DNA of 64,000 nucleotides, taken from assembly GCF_006716095.1 (NCBI RefSeq), contig NZ_VFOK01000001.1:835375-899374 (forward strand), in the 5' to 3' direction. Positions 58,270 to 64,000 of the stretch are shown piece after piece. The number at the start of each line of letters is the position of its first letter. Within the stretch, counting starts at the first letter, position 1. The notes below the pieces were generated by a model. That model was not told the DNA's origin, ran no database searches, and saw only the letters and a program-made list of their open reading frames with translations. The position numbers were made by a program, and so were the translations under genes. The DNA comes from Barrientosiimonas humi. GTDB lineage: Bacteria; Actinomycetota; Actinomycetes; Actinomycetales; Dermatophilaceae.

Positions 58270-59367
58270 ATGACCCCGACCACGCCCACCGCGCCGGCGA
58301 CCGCCGACGCGTCCCTGACGGCGGCCCGCGCCCGCAGCGACCTGCTCGCCGCGACCATCGACGACCCGAGCGCTCCCGGCCGGGCGGGCCTGCGCGTTCT
58401 CACCGGCGACCGCCCGACCGGAGACCTGCACATCGGTCACTACCTCGCCAGCCTTCGCAGCCGAGTCGCGTTGCAGGACAAGGGGATCGAGACATACGTC
58501 ATCGTCGCCGACTACCAGGTCATCACCGACCGCGACGCGATCGACAACGTCCGCCGCGACGTCCTGAGCGTGGTGACGGACTACCTCGCTGCTGGGATCG
58601 ACCCGCGCCGCAGCACCGTCTTCGCCCACTCGGCCCTTCCGGAGCTGAACCAGCTGATGCTGCCGTTCCTGTCGCTCGTCACCGACGCTGAGCTGCGCCG
58701 GAACCCGACGGTCAAGGACGAGCTCCTCGCGTCCGACCGACCGCTCTCCGGTCTGCTGCTGACCTATCCGGTGCACCAGGCCGCGGACATCCTCGGGGTG
58801 CACGGCACGGTCGTGCCGATCGGGGCCGACAACCTCCCGCACGTCGAGCAGGCCAGAGTGGTCGCACGGCGGTTCAACCGGCGCTACGCCGCGGGGCAGG
58901 AGGTCTTCACCGAGCCGACCGCGCTGCTCACCGACGTGCCCCTGCTCGCCGGTCTCGACGGGCGCAAGATGAGCAAGAGCCGGGGCAACACGATCCCGCT
59001 GCGGGCGAGTGCCGACGAGACGGCCGCGCTGGTGCGGGGCGCGCGCACCGACAGCGAGCGGCTGATCACCTTCGAGCCGGAGCGACGGCCGGAGGTGGCC
59101 AACCTGCTCCGGATCGCCGCCGGGTTCCTCGACCGGCCGGCGGAGTCGCTCGCCGAGGAGATCGGCGACGGGGGAGCGGCAGCGCTGAAGCGGGTCGTGA
59201 CCGACGCGATCAACGACGGACTGCGCGACCACCGTCGGCGCCGGGCCGAGCTGGTGGCCGACCCGGCGTACGTCCTGGGTGTCCTGCGCGAGGGCAACGC
59301 GCGGGCGCGCTCGGTCGCCACCAGCACCCTCGCGACCGTCCGGGCCGTGATGGGCATGGCCTACTGA
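58270..59367 (+). CDS. trpS: tryptophan--tRNA ligase
   Basis: class I aaRS HIGH-like (GDLHIGHY) and KMSKS motifs. Confidence 0.9.
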   Translation: MTPTTPTAPATADASLTAARARSDLLAATIDDPSAPGRAGLRVLTGDRPTGDLHIGHYLASLRSRVALQDKGIETYVIVADYQVITDRDAIDNVRRDVLSVVTDYLAAGIDPRRSTVFAHSALPELNQLMLPFLSLVTDAELRRNPTVKDELLASDRPLSGLLLTYPVHQAADILGVHGTVVPIGADNLPHVEQARVVARRFNRRYAAGQEVFTEPTALLTDVPLLAGLDGRKMSKSRGNTIPLRASADETAALVRGARTDSERLITFEPERRPEVANLLRIAAGFLDRPAESLAEEIGDGGAAALKRVVTDAINDGLRDHRRRRAELVADPAYVLGVLREGNARARSVATSTLATVRAVMGMAY

Positions 59368-59433
59368 CCCGGTCGGTCGGCACGCCGCAGCCGGAGGGGG
59401 AGTCGGGCGGGCAGTCGAACTAGCGTTGGCCGG

Positions 59434-60258
59434 GTGCTGCCCGCCGACCACGTGCTCGACCTGTTCGCGGTGCCGGGTGACGTGCGCCCGCTGCCCGGCG
59501 GCCGGGGCGGCAGCGTGCTCGCCGGCGACCTGGTGCTCAGCCCGGGCCGCGACGCGCGGGTCGCCGACCTGCTCGACCCGACGCTGGCGCGGCTGGCCGT
59601 CGCGCTCGACACCCGCCCCGGTCGGCGCGCGCAGGACCTGCGCATCGCCGTGCCGGTGCCTGCGCGTGACGGGTCGTGGGTGGTCGACGGATGGGGCGCG
59701 AGTCGCTTCGAGCCCGGCACCCGGGCGTGCACCGACCTCCCGGTGCTGCGCGCCACCGGCGCCGTGCTGCACGCCGAGCTGGCCCTGGCCGTGCGCTCGT
59801 GGCCGCCCGCCCAGCAGCCGCCGCGCCACCGGTGGGACGTCGCCGAGCGGGTGGCGTTCGGAGCGGCGGACCGCCTCGACGAGACGCCGGTCGGGTCGGA
59901 CGAAGTTCCCTCTGCCACAGCCGATCTCGTGCACGAGTTGCTGCGCGCGCGCACCGATCACCCGATCGGCCCCGACCAGCTGGTGCACGGGGACCTCGCC
60001 GGCAACGTGCTGATCGACCCGGCGGGCGCACCGGTCGTGATCGACCTCTCGCCCTACTGGCGGCCGGCGCTGTGGGCGGAGGCCGTGTGCGTGCTCGACG
60101 CGGTGATGTGGCTGGGCGTCGTGCAGGAGTGGACGTCCGGCGCGCAGCGCGAGGCGATGCTACGGGCCGGGATCTTCCGGCTGGTCGCCGACCAGCCGGA
60201 AGACCCCGAGCCCTACCGCCGCGCCCTGGGCGCGCTGCTGTCGCTCAGTCGCCCTTGA
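59434..60258 (+). CDS. aminoglycoside-phosphotransferase-like (APH/choline-kinase fold) family protein
   Basis: Brenner motif HGDLAGNVLI and D-L-S-P-YW activation segment. Confidence 0.6.
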   Translation: MLPADHVLDLFAVPGDVRPLPGGRGGSVLAGDLVLSPGRDARVADLLDPTLARLAVALDTRPGRRAQDLRIAVPVPARDGSWVVDGWGASRFEPGTRACTDLPVLRATGAVLHAELALAVRSWPPAQQPPRHRWDVAERVAFGAADRLDETPVGSDEVPSATADLVHELLRARTDHPIGPDQLVHGDLAGNVLIDPAGAPVVIDLSPYWRPALWAEAVCVLDAVMWLGVVQEWTSGAQREAMLRAGIFRLVADQPEDPEPYRRALGALLSLSRP

Positions 60259-61417
60259 CGTTGACGATCTGCCGCAGCGTGTGCCGGACCTCGACCAGGT
60301 CCGCGGCGTCGGCCATGACCACGTCGATGTCCTTGTACGCCTGCGGGATCTCGTCGACGAACGCGTCGGTGTCGCGATACTCGATCCCGACCATCGCCTC
60401 CCGCAGCTGGTCCTGGGTGTACGCCTTGCGCGCCTTCGTCCGCGACAGCGCCCGTCCGGCGCCGTGCGGCGAGGAGTTCAGCGACACCGGGTTGCCCAGC
60501 CCGGAGACCACGTAGGACGCGGTGCCCATCGACCCGGGGATGAGCCCCGGGCGACCCCGCTCGGCGTTGATCGCGCCCTTCCGGGAGACCCACACCTGCT
60601 TGCCGAAGTGCTTCTCCTGCTCGGTGTAGTTGTGGTGGCAGTTGATCCGCTCGGCCTCGACCAGCGAGTCGAGACCGACCCACCGCCGCACCTGCTCGGC
60701 GACCCGGTCCATCATCTCCTCCCGGTTGAGCAGCGCGAACTGCTGCGCCCACCGCAGCTCGCGCACGTAGGCCCAGAACTCCTCCGACCCCTCGACGAGG
60801 TAGGCAAGGTCCTTGTCCGGCAACGAGATCCACCACTTCTCGCACATCCGCTGCGCGACCTTGATGTGGTGCTGGGCGATCTTGTTGCCGACGCCCCGCG
60901 AGCCCGAGTGCAGGAACAGCCACACCCGGTCCTCCTCGTCGAGACTGATCTCGATGAAGTGGTTGCCCGAGCCGAGCGTGCCCAGCTGCAGCCGCCAGTT
61001 CTTCGCGTAGGACTCCGGGTCGAACCCGGCCTGCTCCGCCGCGGCGGCCAGCCGGTCCAGCCGCTCCTGGGTGTGCTCGCGGCTGATCTTCCGGTTGTAG
61101 CCACCGGCGGACAGCGGGATCGACCGCTCGATCTGCTCGCGCACCGCCGCCCGGTCCTGCGGCAGGTCGGTCGCGGTCAGCTCGGTGCGGACCGCGATCA
61201 TGCCGCAGCCGATGTCGACGCCGACGGCCGCCGGCATGACCGCGCCCAGCGTCGGGATCACCGAGCCCACCGTCGCGCCGAGCCCCAGGTGCGCGTCGGG
61301 CATCAGCGCCAGGTGCGGGTGGATGAACGGCATCGTGGCCGTGCGCTCCGCCTGCTCCCGGGTCGCGGGCTCGAGCACGCTCGCCCAGCTGAGCAGCTTG
61401 TCGTTGATCTTCTCCAT
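60245..61417 (-). CDS. rtcB: RNA-splicing ligase RtcB
   Basis: 390 aa; conserved metal and GMP histidines (DAHLG, NHNY, SPHGAGR). Confidence 0.9.
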   Translation of the reverse strand: MEKINDKLLSWASVLEPATREQAERTATMPFIHPHLALMPDAHLGLGATVGSVIPTLGAVMPAAVGVDIGCGMIAVRTELTATDLPQDRAAVREQIERSIPLSAGGYNRKISREHTQERLDRLAAAAEQAGFDPESYAKNWRLQLGTLGSGNHFIEISLDEEDRVWLFLHSGSRGVGNKIAQHHIKVAQRMCEKWWISLPDKDLAYLVEGSEEFWAYVRELRWAQQFALLNREEMMDRVAEQVRRWVGLDSLVEAERINCHHNYTEQEKHFGKQVWVSRKGAINAERGRPGLIPGSMGTASYVVSGLGNPVSLNSSPHGAGRALSRTKARKAYTQDQLREAMVGIEYRDTDAFVDEIPQAYKDIDVVMADAADLVEVRHTLRQIVNVKGD

Positions 61418-61578
61418 CGTCCGCTCCTTCCCGTGAGCAGTCTCGGGTGTGCCGCCGGTTCGGCGGCGACCGAGAGTGACACGCGGGAGATGCTGGCCGC
61501 CAACGGTTTTCGGCGGTTCCTCGCCGAGACCGACTCGGGCGCCGGGGCGGTCGTGCAGGCGTCAGCGGGCGGCGCGGA

Positions 61579-61935
61579 TCAGTCCCGCAGGAACTGCGGC
61601 ACCCGGTCCTTCGGCCGGCCGATGATCGCCCGGTCGCCGCGCACCAGCACCGGCCGCTGCATCAGGCGGGGGTGCTCGGCGAGCACGTCGGCGACCTGCT
61701 CGGGCGTCTGCACGTCGGCGTCGGTCAGGCCGAGCTCGGTGAACAGCTTGTCGCGCCGCACCAGGTCGCTCGGCTCGTCCTCGAGCTTGCCGAGCAGGTC
61801 GAGCAGCGCCGCGCGGTCGAGCGGCTCGCTGAGGTATCGCACCACGTCGGTGTCGACCCCGGCCGTCTCGACCTCCTCCAGCGCCGCGCGCGACGTGGAG
61901 CAGCGGGGGTTGTGCAGCAGCGTGAAGTCAGCCAT
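61579..61935 (-). CDS. ArsC/Spx-family thioredoxin-fold protein
   Basis: N-terminal NPRCSTSR motif, 118 aa. Confidence 0.75.
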   Translation of the reverse strand: MADFTLLHNPRCSTSRAALEEVETAGVDTDVVRYLSEPLDRAALLDLLGKLEDEPSDLVRRDKLFTELGLTDADVQTPEQVADVLAEHPRLMQRPVLVRGDRAIIGRPKDRVPQFLRD

Positions 61936-61981
61936 GCCGGCAGGCTAACGGGCTGCTCGGCGGGGCTCGGCCGGTCGCGGC

Positions 61982-62272
61982 TCAGCCGGCCGCGCTCTCG
62001 CCCTGCTGCAGCCGGTCATACGCCGCCCGGCAGGCGCCGCAGTCGCACGTCGTCGACGCATGCATGGTGCCCGAGTTGCGTGTGCTGCCAGGCGGATACA
62101 GCGGCTCGGGTCTGCCCCCGGGATGGCCGTACGTCTGCTGCAGCTGCGGGGCCGGGTCCGCCTGCGCCGCTCCCCGGTTGCAGCAGCTGCACGAGGAGTA
62201 GCCGCGCGAGCGCGGCTCGTGCCACCCGGTCGCGTGGCCGCAGGCGCGGCAGCGGTGCATCAGCACGCTCAT
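61982..62272 (-). CDS. small 8-cysteine protein (96 aa), translationally coupled to the upstream MerR-type regulator; function unknown
   Basis: MSVLMHRCRACGH...CSCC...CDCGAC; GC3 ~90%; ATG overlaps the regulator stop (ATGA). Confidence 0.5.
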   Translation of the reverse strand: MSVLMHRCRACGHATGWHEPRSRGYSSCSCCNRGAAQADPAPQLQQTYGHPGGRPEPLYPPGSTRNSGTMHASTTCDCGACRAAYDRLQQGESAAG

Positions 62273-63312
62273 CGCGGCGCGCCACCTTCTGGACGGATCG
62301 GCATCAGCAGCGACAGCGCACCGTCGCCGCCGCGGACCGCGAGCGGGGAGATCGGGCCGTCGAGGCGCAGCACCGGGTCGTCGCCCGCGGCCGTGACCGC
62401 GTCGAGCAGGAACTCGTGCCGCACCGTGATGCCGGGGGCGCCCGGGCCCGCACCGGTGGACGAGGCGGGAACGATGGTCGCGGTGCCGGACCGTTCGTCG
62501 ATCTCGAGATCCGTTGTCTGCCAACGGGACTCGACGGCTGATCCGGAACTCTGGTCCTGCCCCTCCAGCAGCCGTCGGTAGTCCGGGAAGTCTCCGTCGA
62601 CCAGCCCTGCCGAGCAGCCGGCGGTCCCGACCTGCAGCGAGACCTCGTCCTCGACCAGCGCCAGGCTCACCGCCGTCGACCCGTCGGTGCCGCGCAGCAG
62701 GTCACCCACCTCGGCCAGCCAGGCTGCGGGCACGACGCCCCGGGCGTACCCCTGCCCCGCCCGGCCATCCTCCGGCTGCCACACCTCGACCTCGTGCACC
62801 GCCAGCCGGTAGCGATCGGTCGCCACCATCCGCAGCAGCCCCGGCTCGATCTCGCACAGCGCGCTGTGCAGCACGGGAAGGTCCGGGTCCCGGCCCACGG
62901 CGAAGGCCACGGCCTCGATCAGCCGGCGCAGGCCCGCGGCGGCGACGGAGACGCGCACGGCCGCGGACTCGCCCTGGTCGCCCAGCCCGGCGCGCAGCCG
63001 CGCGATCTCGCGACGGGCGTCCTCGAGGCCGCCCTCCAGCCGGCGCAGGTGGGCGGTGAGCAACCCGTCGACCAGCTCGACGTCGTGGTGCTGCTCCACG
63101 GCCTCGCGGATCTCGGCCAGCGGGAGACCGACCCGGCGCAGACCCGCGACCAGGTGCGCCACCGCGACCTGGCCGGGCGCGTACCGGCGATAGCCGCTGG
63201 TGGAGTCGACGGCCTGGGGGCTCAGCACGCCGGCCCCGTCGTAGAAGCGCAGCGCGCTCACCGTGAGGCCGCTGCGGCGGGCCACCTCACCGATGGGGAG
63301 CAGATCGGTCAT
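62269..63312 (-). CDS. MerR-family HTH regulator fused to a DnaN (beta-clamp)-like C-terminal domain
   Basis: N-terminal MerR HTH (LLPIGEVARRSGLTVSALRFYDGAGVLSP); C-terminal region carries beta-clamp-like motifs (LRMVATDRYRLAV, VRHEFLLDAV, LLMPIRP). Confidence 0.75.
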   Translation of the reverse strand: MTDLLPIGEVARRSGLTVSALRFYDGAGVLSPQAVDSTSGYRRYAPGQVAVAHLVAGLRRVGLPLAEIREAVEQHHDVELVDGLLTAHLRRLEGGLEDARREIARLRAGLGDQGESAAVRVSVAAAGLRRLIEAVAFAVGRDPDLPVLHSALCEIEPGLLRMVATDRYRLAVHEVEVWQPEDGRAGQGYARGVVPAAWLAEVGDLLRGTDGSTAVSLALVEDEVSLQVGTAGCSAGLVDGDFPDYRRLLEGQDQSSGSAVESRWQTTDLEIDERSGTATIVPASSTGAGPGAPGITVRHEFLLDAVTAAGDDPVLRLDGPISPLAVRGGDGALSLLMPIRPEGGAPR

Positions 63313-63488
63313 GGGGCTACTCCACACCCTCGACCGGGTCGAGGGTCCATCCGCAGCGACGACGCGTCCGCGCCAGGCAGGCCGCCGGGGAGCGCAGCAG
63401 AACCCACCGATGAAAAAGCTGCAGCGCGCGACGGCGGACCGTCACGCGCTGCAGCCGGGGGAGCGAGTCGGCTCCGAGAGGCGCGGCT

Positions 63489-63653
63489 GCGCCTGCTCAG
63501 CTGCCGATCGCGCCGCTCTCGTCCTCGGGGTCACGCTCGGGCGGAAGCGGCATGCCCTCTTCGGTGGCCGTGCTCTCCTCGTCCTCCTGATAGACCTCGT
63601 CCGTGTGCTCGCGCTCTGTGTCGGGATCAGGCTGCGTCGTCATGGCACCAGGT
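63489..63653 (-). CDS. possible small acidic protein (54 aa; absent from ORF track)
   Basis: MTTQPDPDTEREHTDEVYQEDEESTATEEGMPLPPERDPEDESGAIGS; high GC3; between the MerR-like gene and miaA. Confidence 0.3.
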
Positions 63654-63713
63654 TAGAGGGCTCGCGCCGGCGCTTCACCCGAGCCTGGCCGCCAGGCCGG
63701 CAGGGGTGGCACG

Positions 63714-64000
63714 ATGCCCGCGATGAGTGACGACGTCGCGTCTCGGTCGGATCGCCGGCACCCGGTGGTCGCGGTGGTCGGACCCACCGCGACGGGCAAG
63801 TCCGACCTCGGGGTCGAGCTGGCCCTGGCGCTCGGGGGAGAGGTCGTCAACGCCGACGCGTCCCAGCTCTACCGCGGCATGGACATCGGCACGGCCAAGC
63901 TGAGCCCCGGCGAGCGGCGCGGGGTCGTCCACCACCAGCTCGACGTCATCGACGTGACCGACGAGGCGAGCGTCGCCGCCTACCAGCAGGCCGCCCGCGC
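63714..64000 (+). CDS. miaA: tRNA dimethylallyltransferase MiaA, N-terminal fragment (continues past window)
   Basis: P-loop [10 protein letters not shown] and conserved N-terminus; runs off the 3' edge. Confidence 0.8.
   Translation, partial: MPAMSDDVASRSDRRHPVVAVVGPTATGKSDLGVELALALGGEVVNADASQLYRGMDIGTAKLSPGERRGVVHHQLDVIDVTDEASVAAYQQAAR

Overview
This is a high-GC (~72%) actinobacterial chromosomal segment, densely coding on both strands. Many adjacent genes are joined by 4-nt ATGA/GTGA stop-start overlaps. Most content is core housekeeping: paaC(partial)-paaD-paaE, thyA-folA (folA carries an N-terminal Nudix domain), dapA-rnj, ftsK, kdpFABC with kdpDE, rimO-pgsA-cinA next to clgR, nei-lhr, aguA-aguB, DUF3046-recA-recX, fbiC, a LysR/methyltransferase/VOC module, miaB, trpS, rtcB, and miaA(partial). 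I saw no rRNA, tRNA, CRISPR array, transposase or integrase. The unusual signals fall into three groups. (1) A 15-bp palindrome TGAAAC-N3-GTTTCA occurs six times in two intergenic arrays, 18496-18592 and 34204-34314. (2) At four gene ends (rnj, a channel-like gene, nei, a VOC gene) the last codons plus stop codon are duplicated in tandem or near-tandem, MIRU/VNTR-like; the clearest are a 46-bp x2 repeat at nei and a 61-bp x3 repeat at the VOC gene. (3) Several small or accessory modules are candidates for uncharacterised systems: a translationally coupled MerR-DnaN-like regulator plus an 8-cysteine 96-aa protein; a SatD-like/small-membrane-protein pair with paired operator palindromes; an SPFH protein with a Pro/Gly-rich N-terminus plus a small RHH gene divergent from clgR; a Nudix-DHFR fusion; and unlisted small ORFs (kdpF, an acidic 54-aa ORF). 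Coordinates follow the supplied ORF track; where I re-derived starts by hand they may be off by a few nt.
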